A stretch of DNA of 64,000 nt from the human T2T-CHM13v2.0 reference genome, Homo sapiens: the NCBI RefSeq assembly GCF_009914755.1, contig NC_060932.1. One strand, 5' to 3'. Below the pieces are notes generated by a model that saw only the letters and a list, made by a program, of their open reading frames with translations, did no database searches and was not told where the DNA came from. The number at the start of each line of letters is the position of its first letter. Position 1 is the first letter of the stretch. The position numbers were made by a program, and so were the translations under genes. Below, in pieces: positions 13,687-25,999 of this stretch.

Positions 13687-14239
13687 ATGTCTCAAAAGAC
13701 TTTTTAGGCCACACATTCTCTAGAGTCTAAATATTTCAAAAGTTAAAAATTAAATGTAACATGCTTCAAGCATTTTCTTCTTGTTTGGAACCAACTATAC
13801 CCCACAGTTAATGGGTGCAACTTCAGAATTGTAATATTCATTACATTATAATTCTTCAACTTTATACTTAGTCATTATTGTATTATAAAAATTTTAACAA
13901 GTTATATCAGCTGATTTCAAGTGAACTGGGGAAAGCTTAATGATCTAAAATTAAATGATTAAAGTTTAAAACAAAGCAGAATCACTCTAATAGGAATTGA
14001 GTAATTTAGTATTATTAAGCATTTTTATGGGCTACTTAGCCATTTTAAAATCTATGATTGTTTTGTTGTTGTGTTCAGAATACATTGTATGACACACAGG
14101 CTCAAAATGAAGTACATTATTTGTGAAGATTTCTTCATAACAATTCATTTTAAGTAATGTTATTACATTTACACTTGTTTAAAACACATTGGGATTCATA
14201 GCAAATAGTGACTCCAATTACATTTTACAAAATATATGA

Positions 14240-14535
14240 GGCCAGGCACCCTGGCTCACACCTGTAATTCCAGCACTTTGGGAGACCCAGGTGGGCAAAT
14301 CACTTGAGGCCAGGAGTTTGAGACCAGCCTGGCCAACATAATGAAACCCTGTCTCTACTAAAAATGAAAATATTAACTAGATGTGCTGGCACACCCCTGT
14401 AATTCCAGCTACTCTGGAGGATTAGGCATGAGAATCGCTTGAACCCAGGAAGCAGAGGTTGCAGTGAGCTGAGATCCTGCCATTGCATCTAGCCTGGGCA
14501 ACAGAGCAAGACTCTGTCTCAAAAAAAAAAAAAAA
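14240..14535 (+). mobile_element. Alu (AluS-like)
   Basis: GGCCAGGCACCCTGGCTCACACCTGTAATTCC... through the poly(A) tail. Confidence 0.95.
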
Positions 14536-15327
14536 GAATTTTATATATATATGTATATATTTAAATTTATACATATGAAAACTTCCTGTATGAATATAAA
14601 ATTATCAACTCCTGTGCAAAGACTGAATAAAACAGCAGTATTGGGGAATTATATATGAAAATGCTAAGAACACAGTGTTTAAGTCTGACATATATGCATC
14701 TGAGAAGTAGCCAATAATACATGGTCAATCACAAAATGCTAACATAAAATGTAAGTCATTGTAATATACTTCTAAAATTCCTCATTCTATTTTGAAAGTG
14801 GACTATATCTACTTTTTTTAATCCAAGCTGAAAATTAATCATGTAGTGAATACAAAGGAAATGTCTAAAGTTTATTTTTTGGATTGTCATGTTGATAAGT
14901 TTCTACAAACTTTTCTTCCCAGAAGTCTGTTATACACATTCTATGAATTTACATTTGCTTCAGAAATTTTCCCACCATTGAGTTTTCAGCCTCACAGTCC
15001 CAGTCAATTACTTTTTACCTGGATAAGTAAGCAGTTTTCTAAATATTTGGAAAATAAAACTTTATAATGTAATAATATTACTGAACTTTCATCATCCTGA
15101 GGACAATATGCTTAATGTGATGCATTTCCTTGTAAGATAAATGAAATAGCATATTAAAAGGTAACATCAAACAGGGAATCTGCATTGATATCTTAAAAGC
15201 AGTATACAAATGTGATTTGCTATTCTTTATTGTAATCAAATATTTATTAACTGTGAAAAGATAAACAATAAATAATGTCAGTAAAATTATCTAGAATAAT
15301 GCCCTGCTCATGCTAGGTGTATAATAA

Positions 15328-15728
<401 letters not shown>

Positions 15729-18435
15729 TGATAAAGCAAATGATAAATTAAAAATAATTACTGATATAATCTAGTTTGTGTTATATGACTCAGACTGAAG
15801 TAAATTCTGCTTTCTTGGAATTACTATAACCCTTTATTGTACCTTTTCTGTATTATTTGTCTCTAAGTTATATCTGACAGATAAATAGGTTGACACATAC
15901 ATATATACATGAATATTTGATTTTGGAACTTCTTTGTAGATAGTTGGCATCGATTTAATACACCATATACTCTGTATGATGTTTGTTGTATAATTGCTCA
16001 ATAATAATGACAATGATAGAGGAAAGATAGCAAGAGGGAAAATGATAAAAGCTTACTATAGGAACTTGAACTAGGACATGTGGACTGGGTATCGCTGGGA
16101 AGAAAAAAAATACAGGATAAGTAAGAAAGCATTCACAGAATAAAACAGCCTAACAGAAGAGTGGAAGCAGGTGTACCTGTAGCATGCTTGGGAAACAGAG
16201 ATTACACAGAATTGGATGAAACTAAGAACAGTGAATGGTATACGGGGAGTTCTTCTGTTTAAGACACTCCAACACAAAATGATGTTCAAATTATGATATT
16301 GTGGGTAAAATGTTCAGAGGTCTCATTTCTTCTGGTGAATGAACAGAGGAAGAGCACAGCCTAACTCTGTTGGTAGAGCTGCTCATAACCAGAGAAACTA
16401 AGCAATTGGATTCACTCATTAATTCCCAACTATTCTTTTCTGGCATGCATTAGAGAATACAGTAATTATGCAACCCTGGAATGTTAAAATCTGACAGCTC
16501 TACTAAAAGTCTTTCTGGTGCTGTATTTTTTAATGGTTCTGCTTCACCAGCTGGGGAAGGTTTCAGTAGTTGCTGTAAAATATAACCATTCTCATCTTTT
16601 CAAGCCATTAGTATTTTGGTGAAAGTCATAGCAAGTCCAGATTCCATGCTGAGGACATCTGCATCTGAACATCCTAAAGCAGTCTTGAACTCACTGAAAA
16701 CCTTAGTGCAAAAATTAGCTACTGCATTGATTTGAATATGAGTGCACAGTATTGGTTTTCTTTTTTCGTCTTTTTATCTCCAAATAATTTGATCTGAGGG
16801 CCATTGCATGGTGTGTTACAAAATTAGTGATAATTACTCATACTGAAAAAAGTAAAAACTAAATTAATAATACAATTAAGGGTGAAATCAAGGGAGACAA
16901 ATTTTATATGATTTCCTCATATTAATTTAGGTCATCTGTTGTATAAAAGCAAATTTTATAAAGCTGTTATAGCATATGAAGAGATTTGGAAAACAGATGA
17001 TGAACAAAAGCTTAAAAAGTTCAAATTATCATCATGTGCTGAGTCATAGGTTATATCTAAAGGCTAAGCCCTTAGAAATCTTCCCTTTCTTGCTTATAAG
17101 TATGTGGATTATTGAGTAAGTTTTATATCCTAAAATTATATTCTCTACTGAGAATATATTTTTCCCTCCTTCTAGACTTGAAAAGTTTCAAATTTTTGAG
17201 CCTTCATAGCACTCTGAACCTCTTCTTAGTACTTTTCAGAGAACACTTAGTGAGAATTTTGCCACTAGACACTAAATTCCATAAAGGTCACTGTCCATCT
17301 GGAACACGAATTTATCCTGAGCATAAGCCAACGTCAACATACAAAAAACAGACATAAAATATGTTTTAAATGGATGGACCTGTTAAGCGATTATAAAAAT
17401 GCTGAGTGTTATAAAGAAGAAATGTAAGCAGTGAATAAAGGTGGACCTATAGGAACTCACACTTAAACTGAGATATGAAGTTTAAATATGGATTGGCTAT
17501 GAAACCAGAGATTATTGAAGTGTAGAAAAGGGCATTCTAGGCTAAGGGAGCTATGATGCATTCGATAATTTTTGAATCACTACAGCCTGTACGTATGTGT
17601 ATGTACGTGTATGTACATATCTGTGTCTATGTACATATTAATATATATATTTATGATATAATGACTGTGCATAAAATATATTATTTATGTGATTCATATA
17701 CTATGATTAAGAATATGAAGACTTCTTTATTATTTCTTTGTCCTGCCTTCTCAAGAATCTTTAGTCCACCATTTGGAAGCCACCTAAAATCAAAGTCTTA
17801 AAGATAATTCTAAAGGCCTCTAGAATTACATGGAATCACAGAAGTTGAATTTGCATGACTAAATTTAAGTGAATATTTTCTTCTGTAATTTTTCCGTCCT
17901 GCCTAACCTAATAATAATGTGTTCTACTTCTCTGTTTCTTCTGTCACTTCTCTTATTCTGATCTTAAAAATGCGGACATCTCTAGACAAATTTCAGACTA
18001 TGTTTGCTATCTTTGAGTAGATATGTGTATGCCACCTTTTCTCTCTCTCTCTTCTAAAACCCATCTCTAATTTCATTTTATTCATTGCTACTAGTCCCGC
18101 TGTCAACTCTGGGACATGATCTCTTCTTATTTAAATTTCTGATGTCATTTTAAAACTTTAGTCATGAGTTTCAAAATGATCAGTAGATATTTCTACCTAA
18201 ATAAAATGCCATTGTGTTAAAATGAAGTGATTAAAAAAAATGAAGGTCCCAGAAAGAATATGTAGAATACAACTAGAAAATGACTGAAGCTAGAATTCTG
18301 AGGATTATCAACATTTACATTTAGGGAAAGTGGAGACTGGAAATGAACTAAAATTGAACAAATAAAGAATAGTATGGAAAACCTGGGGAGTCATATCATG
18401 GAACAAAAACAGAAAGTGAAAGTGCTACCTACCTT

Positions 18436-18490
18436 CTATCTATCTATTATCTATCATCTATCTATCTATCTATCATCTATCTAATCTATT
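18436..18490. repeat. Imperfect (TCTA)n/(GATA)n tetranucleotide microsatellite
   Basis: TCTATCTATCTATTATCTATCATCTATCTATCTATCTATCATCTATC seen directly. Confidence 0.9.
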
Positions 18491-19814
18491 TTTGAATCAA
18501 GAATAATGTTCATTAATTATTATTTTTAGTATGTTATCTGAGACCTTGAGGAAAACTTCTAAACAAGAATTGGTAAATATGGAATCAGTATTTGTCAAGC
18601 TATGAAATAAGTGGATGGGAAGATGTCCATTTATTTGTCCATCTGGGAGACAGATAACATATCTATTCATCTGAAAGTTTGGATTTCAGGATGTCTTTGA
18701 TACAATTACAAACAAAAATATCAAAGAGGAACATCAAATTCAACCTTACACCTCAAAAGGCTTCTTAAGAGATGGAATGTGAGTTGTGTCTTCAAGGACA
18801 TATTTTTTATAAGATGCCAAGAGCAATCAGAATGCATTCTAGAACAAAAGGGCAAAAACGTAAGACATCACTGAGAAATTACAGTAGAGCAAAGAAGGAC
18901 AAATTCTTTATGAAGATATAAATGAAGCTGGAAAGAAAATGAAGAGCCAATTTGTAAATGGTCTTATATGTAACTTTCTAAGATACTTTAAACTTAATTT
19001 TAAAAAAAGTTAGTTTCAGTCAACTATAGTTAAATTGCTTCAGACACTATTTTAATTTTTTAACTAAGCCATTTATTCTTTTATAAAAATATTATATAAT
19101 GAATGTTAAGAATATGAACTCTGAAAACTGACTGCCTGGACAAATTACTTAACCTCTCAGTGACTATTTTCTCATCTGTAAAACTAAAATAGTATATCAA
19201 CTTCATAAAGTTGGTGTAAGATTTATTTAATAAATATGTATGGAGAGGACTTGGAAAAGCATTTATGTAATAGCACGAAAATATTTACTATTATACATCT
19301 CCACTTTTATAAATTAATTGCTTATATTAATCAATTGACTCGTGAAATTTATTTAGTGAGTAGTTGGCAGAGCATGAATAAGAGAGCAAGTCTAGTCTCA
19401 ATGTTTATATTCTTGATATTTGAAATTCATATAAAAAGCAGGTTTCCAAGGAAATACATATTACTTAATTTTGGACACAGTAATTATGAGATACTTCTTG
19501 CAGTAGAAAGGTAGGTATTCAGGGCTTCTACTCAGGACAGTAATCTAATACGTGACTAGAGATTTTGTCAGTGTACGGTTGGCAGTTATTGAAGCTATTT
19601 TCTGGGCAAGCTTGACCTCATACTTTATGTAGCACTAATGAGAATTAGGTCAGAAATGGAGGCTTATGGAATGTCAATATATTGAAAGGAAGAAAAGACA
19701 TCCATTAAAAGCCCAAGAAGAAATGCCCTTCATCTTCGAAGTAGTCTTATTAAATAGTCTGAGTTTGACTCTGTCTCCAAATTCAACCACCCATTTAAAA
19801 GAAATACAGAGATA

Positions 19815-20133
19815 TGCCCAAGAGCAGTGGCTCACGCCTGTAATCCCAGGACTTTGGGAAGCCGAGGTGGGTGGATTGCCTGCGGTCAGGAGTTCGAGAC
19901 CAGTCTGGCCAACATGGTGAAACCCGTCTCTACCAAAAATACAAAAAAAAAAAAAAAAAAAAAATTAGCCAGGCATGGTGGCACTTGCCTGTAATCCCAG
20001 CTACTCAGGAGACTGAATCAATGGAATTGCTTGAACCAGGGAGGTGGAGGTTGCAGTGAGCCAAGATTACACCATTGTACTCCAGCCTGGGTGACAGAGC
20101 GAGACTCCATTTCAGAGGAAAAAAAGGAAAAAG
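19815..20133 (+). mobile_element. Alu (AluS-like) with an expanded internal A-tract
   Basis: Perfect 18-bp TSD AAAAGAAATACAGAGATA (19797-19814 / 20134-20151); about 21 A in the linker. Confidence 0.95.
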
Positions 20134-20477
20134 AAAAGAAATACAGAGATAGAAAATGCCATTAGCAAAACTGAGCCTCTGGAAACTTCTAATGACAAAT
20201 TTTCCAATTCACTTTTCCAAATTAATTGGCAGTGTTGGTATGGTGACAGAGAGAGCAAGATATGGAACAGAAAGCCTATAGATTAAAAGAATCTTAAAGA
20301 CTCCATAACTGATTACAAATTATGAACCTTTTTTTGGCTCCAGTTTCCAGCAAATATTTTGTAATTTACATAATGAAATTTGTAGGACAATTAGAAATTT
20401 GATTACTAACCAAAGATACTGATATTAAATAGTTGTCAATTTATAGATGTATGAATGCCTTGCCATTGTGTTTTATT

Positions 20478-20770
20478 TTTATTTTATTTTTTTGAGATGT
20501 AGTTTTGCTCTTGTTGCCTAGGCTGGAGTGCAATGACTCAACGTCGGCCCACTGCAACCTTGCTTCCCAGGTTCAAGCGGTTCTCCTGCCTCAGCCTCCA
20601 AAGTAGCTGGGATTACAGGCATGTGCCGCCATGCCCAGCTCATTTTTCATATTTACTAGAGACGGGGTTTCACCATGTTAGCCAGGCTGTTCTCGAACTC
20701 ATGACCTGGTGATCCACCCACCTCGGCCTCCCAAAGTGCTGGGATTACAGGTGTAAGCCACCGCCTGGCC
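20478..20770 (-). mobile_element. Alu (AluS-like)
   Basis: Antisense Alu; TSD-like TGTGTTTTATTTTTT / TGTCTTTTATTTTTT. Confidence 0.93.
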
Positions 20771-21298
20771 TGTCTTTTATTTTTTAAATAACATTTATGT
20801 TTTAAAGATACATCCTGATGAAACACTCTCCAATACATTTTTCTGTGAGATTTGCTTTAAAATAATAGCTGCAAGGAATGTGGTGGATATCATGAAATAA
20901 GATTGGTGTGAGTTGATGACTGTGCAAGCTGGATGTTGTTATAGAGGAGGAACAATTACACTATTGCAGATTTGTGCATATGTTTACATTTGGTTAATGT
21001 ATATTTCATATACTTAACAGATATATGTGATGCATGTTTAATGTAATATGTTTAAAATAAAAATTAAAACAAATATCAAAGAATCATCCTTTCTAGAGAA
21101 ATAAAGGTATGACACAAAACATAATCCAAAGTAAAGAGTTTCAAGATAAGCAAAGCTATATAAAATCAAGTAAAATATGGCAAGCTATAGTTCAATGAAC
21201 TTGACAATATTGAAATGATTGACGACTTGCTTATTTTTATTATTAACACAATCTTCCCAATCACATAATAACACATTTTTGTCATAGTCTTGTATTTC

Positions 21299-21348
21299 TA
21301 ATTCTTCTTCAAACCCCACATTCATTTTTTCCTCCCTCAAGTTTAAAG
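21299..21348 (+). repeat. 50-bp direct repeat, copy 1 (copy 2 at 23895-23944)
   Basis: TAATTCTTCTTCAAACCCCACATTCATTTTTTCCTCCCTCAAGTTTAAAG is identical at both positions. Confidence 0.97.
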
Positions 21349-21708
21349 TTGTGCAAGGGCTAACTTTTCTTTCACATCAGAGTTTTCAGAATGTTCTTTT
21401 CTTTCATGCATCATCTTTTCTCAGTGTTACAGTTGTCACTGCATATTGATCTCTATTGTAAAAGCTTGCTAGTTTCTTTTCTTTTCTTAAGCTGTGTTCC
21501 CCTCCACTGTATCCTGCAGCAACCCTTTCTACTCATCATAGCATTGGTTATTTAATTGCTAGGATCAAACTTCTTAGTTTTGATCCACTAAGAAAAATAT
21601 ATTTTTGCCTTTCATAGTAATATTATTCTGTGACACTTAAGTCACATTTCTAAATGTATTTAGCCTCAGATACATGCCAATAAAATAATTTATTGATTAT
21701 GGTTAAAA
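21345..21708 (+). repeat. 364-bp inverted repeat, left arm
   Basis: Reverse complement of 23531-23894; manual comparison found one mismatch (21625 A vs 23614 G). Confidence 0.97.
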
Positions 21709-22524
21709 ATGTTTTTTCTTTGGATTTTTCCAGACAATAGCCATTCATTAATTTATGAAAGTCATCAATCTTTATACCAACAGATTTCTAAGCTGTGGAA
21801 CAATTTCCCCTCTTGAAAAAATTAAGATCTTTCTAGTATCAACTTACTGGTTTTATGCTAACTCAGATAAAGAATTCTGCTGTGATTTTAGAAATGGTAA
21901 GTCAAAAATTTAAGTATTCTTTCTTTTAAGGTCAGAGACAACATAAATTTTAAGATGCTCCAAAGGGTAGCACTTTAATACAAATTTCAATAAATGTCAC
22001 TAAACGTACTTGAATCAATTTAAACATTTTTTGACTTTGTATTTATACTCTGTGGTAATTTAATATGTATTTTACATAGACAAGTTGATAACAGAATATT
22101 CTATAAAGATTTTTGACCAAGTCTGAGCCATGGAAGTTTGACTGTTCAGTCACCCTAAGTACACTGTTGTAACAGAAACTGACAGTTGTTTTTATTGATT
22201 ATAGATGTCATTAATTGAATGACATCAAAATTCTGTTTTTTGGTTTTGTTTTGTTTTTTTTTTCCTGAGTGTGCCATTTCTTTCTTGCTATGTTACTTTC
22301 TTTTTCACCACCAACCTTCTATCCCTTGGACATACATACAACTTCTTGAAGCTATTTCATCTTCTGTAAGGCAGAATTAATTCTGGTCTCCTCATCAATG
22401 AATTGACAGGAGCATGCTCAATAAATTGTGGCTGTTATTGTTGTTGTTGTTCATTAGCATTTGTCTTTAATATGCACTTCTGTAAATGCCCAATGTTCTT
22501 CTAGACTTGCAATCCTTACAGAGA

Positions 22525-23025
22525 CTGGTTTATTCATTTTATATTGCGGTTTTAACAAACCATCCCCAAATTTAGCAGCTTAAAACAACACAGTATTTTA
22601 TCTTATAGTTCTGGCAATCAGATGTCTGAAATGGGTTTTATTGAGCTAATATCAAGGTGTTGACAGGGCTGCATTCCCTTCTGCAGGCTTTATGGGGAAT
22701 CAGTTTCCTTGTGCTTTTCAGCTTCTAGAGACCATCGGTATTCCTTGAATAATGACCCCAGTACTCCATCCATGGCCCTTTCCTCAACCTAGCAGTGCAA
22801 GGTCTTCAAACCTCTCTCTATCTCTGACACTCCTTCCTCCCTTTTACAGTTATAAGGATCATTGTGATTACATTGTGCCAATCTGGCAAATCTAATAATC
22901 TCCCTATCTCAAACATTTTAACTTAATCTCATGTGCAAAGTCTTTTTGACAAGACAGTAATATATTCAGAGATTTTGAGGATTAGGGTGTGTATATTTTG
23001 TAGAGCCATTATTCTGCAGGTCGCA
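22525..23025 (-). mobile_element. MLT1 (MLT1C/D-like) MaLR LTR inside the inverted-repeat spacer
   Basis: AAATTTAGCAGCTTAAAACAACAC...ATCAAGGTGTTGACAGGGCTGCATTCC...TGTGATTACATTG...TAATCTCCCTATCTCAA are typical antisense MLT1 motifs. Confidence 0.8.
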
Positions 23026-23530
23026 CTAGTTTTTCATTTAATAATTTTAAAAAACCAACTACTGAGTTTTTTTGTTAGTCAAATGTCTAGATTATGGTCT
23101 CTTCAGACTATTTGCTCTCTCTACGTGTGTATTCTTTTCTATATTAGTTATTTCTGCATGTCACATTCTATATCATTGTAAGGCTTTTCTTAAGTAGAGG
23201 TAAACTTGTGGCATGGTTAATTCTACTCAGTCATTTAAACCTATTTGACTTAATGCAAATGTCAACTTTTCTAAGCCACATTTTATTTATGTGTAAAAAT
23301 GAAAACAAAAAATGTGAGATAATGCACACAAAATGATAATAATACCTAGAATGAGAAATACTTAATAAAGTTAGCTATTAAAATTATTATTGTTATTGAT
23401 AGTATCTGGTGGGCAAATAGGACCTTCTATTGTTCAATTTCATTACACTTGCCATGTAAGGAAATTAAACAATTTTATTTTTGCTTTAAGATAAAGTATT
23501 AAAATCAGCTTGTCATTAGGTTACTGTCAA

Positions 23531-23894
23531 TTTTAACCATAATCAATAAATTATTTTATTGGCATGTATCTGAGGCTAAATACATTTAGAAATGTGACTT
23601 AAGTGTCACAGAAGAATATTACTATGAAAGGCAAAAATATATTTTTCTTAGTGGATCAAAACTAAGAAGTTTGATCCTAGCAATTAAATAACCAATGCTA
23701 TGATGAGTAGAAAGGGTTGCTGCAGGATACAGTGGAGGGGAACACAGCTTAAGAAAAGAAAAGAAACTAGCAAGCTTTTACAATAGAGATCAATATGCAG
23801 TGACAACTGTAACACTGAGAAAAGATGATGCATGAAAGAAAAGAACATTCTGAAAACTCTGATGTGAAAGAAAAGTTAGCCCTTGCACAACTTT
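23531..23894 (-). repeat. 364-bp inverted repeat, right arm
   Basis: Reverse complement of 21345-21708. Confidence 0.97.
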
Positions 23895-23944
23895 TAATTC
23901 TTCTTCAAACCCCACATTCATTTTTTCCTCCCTCAAGTTTAAAG
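23895..23944 (+). repeat. 50-bp direct repeat, copy 2
   Basis: Identical to 21299-21348 and abuts the right inverted arm. Confidence 0.97.
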
Positions 23945-23966
23945 CTCTATACAGAGTTATATCTGT

Positions 23967-24116
23967 TATATATATGTATGTATGTATATATATATGTATA
24001 TGTGTATATGTATATATATGTATATGTGTATACGTATATATATGTATATGTGTATATGTATATATATATATATGTGTATACGTGTATATATATATGTATA
24101 TGTGTATATATATATA
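23967..24116. repeat. Compound (TA)n/(TG)n alternating purine-pyrimidine microsatellite
   Basis: About 150 bp of TATATATGTATGTATGTATATATATATGTATATGTG... Confidence 0.95.
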
Positions 24117-24453
24117 AATTCCACCTTCCCCACTCCCCAGTGGCAGAAGAGTTTATCATGATCCTCATGATCATGTACATCATCTATATTTGTTGAAGTG
24201 TTATCCATATAACAATGAGACTTTTATATTCACAAGGTGATATTTTCCAAAATACTAAATTGATAATATGGGCCACTAAATAACGTTATTTCATTATATT
24301 TGTTACTCTAATATAATATCTATGTCATCTGAATAGTAGCTTCTGAAATGACTGTGTGAGTTTTCCTGTGGATAGCAGAAAACATGAGGTAAATTGCACG
24401 GTATCTGCATAAGGAGAGATAAGTAAAGACACTGGCATATGATCAGTGAGAAG

Positions 24454-24904
24454 TGTCGGGCCTCTGGGCCCAAGCCAAGCCATTGCATCCCCTGTGACTT
24501 GCACGTATACGCCCAGATGGCCTGAAGTAACTGAAGAATCACAAAAGAAGTGAATATGCCCTGCCCCACCTTAACTGATGACATTCCACCACAAAAGAAG
24601 TGTAAATGGCCATTCCTTGCCTTAACTGATGACATTACCTTGTGAAAGTCCTTTTCCTGGCTCATCCTGGCTCAGAAAGCACCCCCACTGAGCACCTTGC
24701 GACCCCCACTCTTGCCCGCCAGAGAACAAACCCCCTTTGACTGTAATTTTCCTTTACCTACCCAAATCCTATAAAACGGCCCCACCCTTATCTTCCTTTG
24801 CTGACTCTTTTCAGACTCAGCCCACCTGCACCCAGGTGAAATAAACAGCCATGTAGCTCACACAACGCCTGTTTGGTGGTCTCTTCACACGGACGCACAT
24901 GAAA
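24454..24904 (+). promoter_or_regulatory. 5' LTR7 (LTR7up-like) promoter/enhancer
   Basis: TGTCGGGCCTCTG...GCACATGAAA; ACAAAAGAAG at 24541-24550 and 24591-24600; TATAAAA 24770-24776; AATAAA 24840-24845. Confidence 0.93.
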
Positions 24905-24906
24905 TT

Positions 24907-24924
24907 TGGTGCCCTGACTCGGAT
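24907..24924 (+). other. Primer-binding site complementary to the tRNA-His 3' end
   Basis: TGGTGCCCTGACTCGGAT vs canonical TGGTGCCGTGACTCGGAT (1 mismatch), immediately after the 5' LTR. Confidence 0.95.
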
Positions 24925-25043
24925 CGGGGGACCTCCCTTGGGAGATCAATCCCCTGTCCTCCTGTTCTTTGCTCCCTGAGAAAGATCCACCTATGACTTC
25001 AGGTCCTCAGACTGACCAGCCCAAGGAACATCTCACCAATTTT

Positions 25044-25056
25044 AAATCAGGTAAGC
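25044..25056 (+). other. HERV-H leader splice donor
   Basis: AAATCAG|GTAAGC at 25050/25051, a near-consensus 5' splice site about 150 nt into the leader, where the HERV-H major donor lies. Confidence 0.8.
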
Positions 25057-25564
25057 AGCCTCTTCTTACTCTCTTCTCCAACCTCTCTCACTGTCCCTCA
25101 ACCACTTTCTCCTTTCCACTCTTCAATCTCTCCCTTCTCTTAATTTCAATTCCTTTCATTTTCTGGGAGAGACAAAGGAGACACGTTTTATCCGTGGACC
25201 CAAAACTCCGGCGCAGGTCACAGACTGGGAAGGCAGCCTTCCCTTGGTGTTTAATCATTGCAGGGGCACCTTTCTGATTATACACCCACGTTTCAAGGGT
25301 GTCAGACCACGCAGGGACGCCTGCCTTGGTCCTTCACCCTTAGCGGCAAGTCCCGCTTTTCTGGGGAAGGGGCAAGTACCCCAACCCCTTCTCTCCTTGT
25401 CTCTACCCCTTCTCTGCCTTTCTGGGAGAGGGGCAAGTACCCCTCAACCCCTTCGCCTTCACCCTTAGCGGCAAGTCCCACTTTTCTGGGAGAGGGGCAA
25501 GTACCCCTCAACCCCTTCTCCTTCACCCTTAGTGGCAAGTCCTGCTTTTCTACGGGGCAAGAAC

Positions 25565-25899
25565 CCCCAATCCCTTATTTCCGTGCCCCAACCTCTTATC
25601 TCTGCACCCCAATCCCTTATTTCCATGTCCCACCTCTTATCTCTGTGCCCCAATCCCTTATTTCCGTGCCCCAACCTCTTATCTCTGTGCCCCAATCCCT
25701 TATTTCCGTGCCCCAACCTCTTATCTCTGCGCCCCAATCCCTTATTTCTGCACCCCGACCTCTTATCTCTGTGCCCCAATCCCTTATTTCTGTGCCCCAA
25801 CCTCGTATCTCTGCGCCCAAATCCCTTATTTCCGTGTCCCAACCTCATATCTCTGTTCCCCAATCCCTTATTTCTGCACCCTGACCTCTTATCTCTCAG
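25565..25899 (+). repeat. HERV-H leader VNTR: about 16 x 21-bp units forming about 8 x 42-bp dimers
   Basis: Alternating CCCCAATCCCTTATTTCCGTG and CCCCAACCTCTTATCTCTGTG variants. Confidence 0.93.
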
Positions 25900-25999
25900 C
25901 CCGAACCCCTTTTCCCACTTTTCTGGAAGGTAAGAACCCCCGAACCCCTTCCCTCCATTTCTCTACTCTCTCTTTTCTCTAGGCTTGCTTCCTTCATTA

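Noticed and set aside
23825-24208. Tyr/Ile/His-rich ORFs
   Set aside because: Translations of the (TA/TG)n microsatellite.
25258-25933. Long overlapping ORFs (up to 208 aa) as a real gene, or the array as CRISPR-like
   Set aside because: The frames stay open because of the 21-bp tandem repeat in the HERV-H leader; there are no unique spacers, no cas genes, and the DNA is primate.
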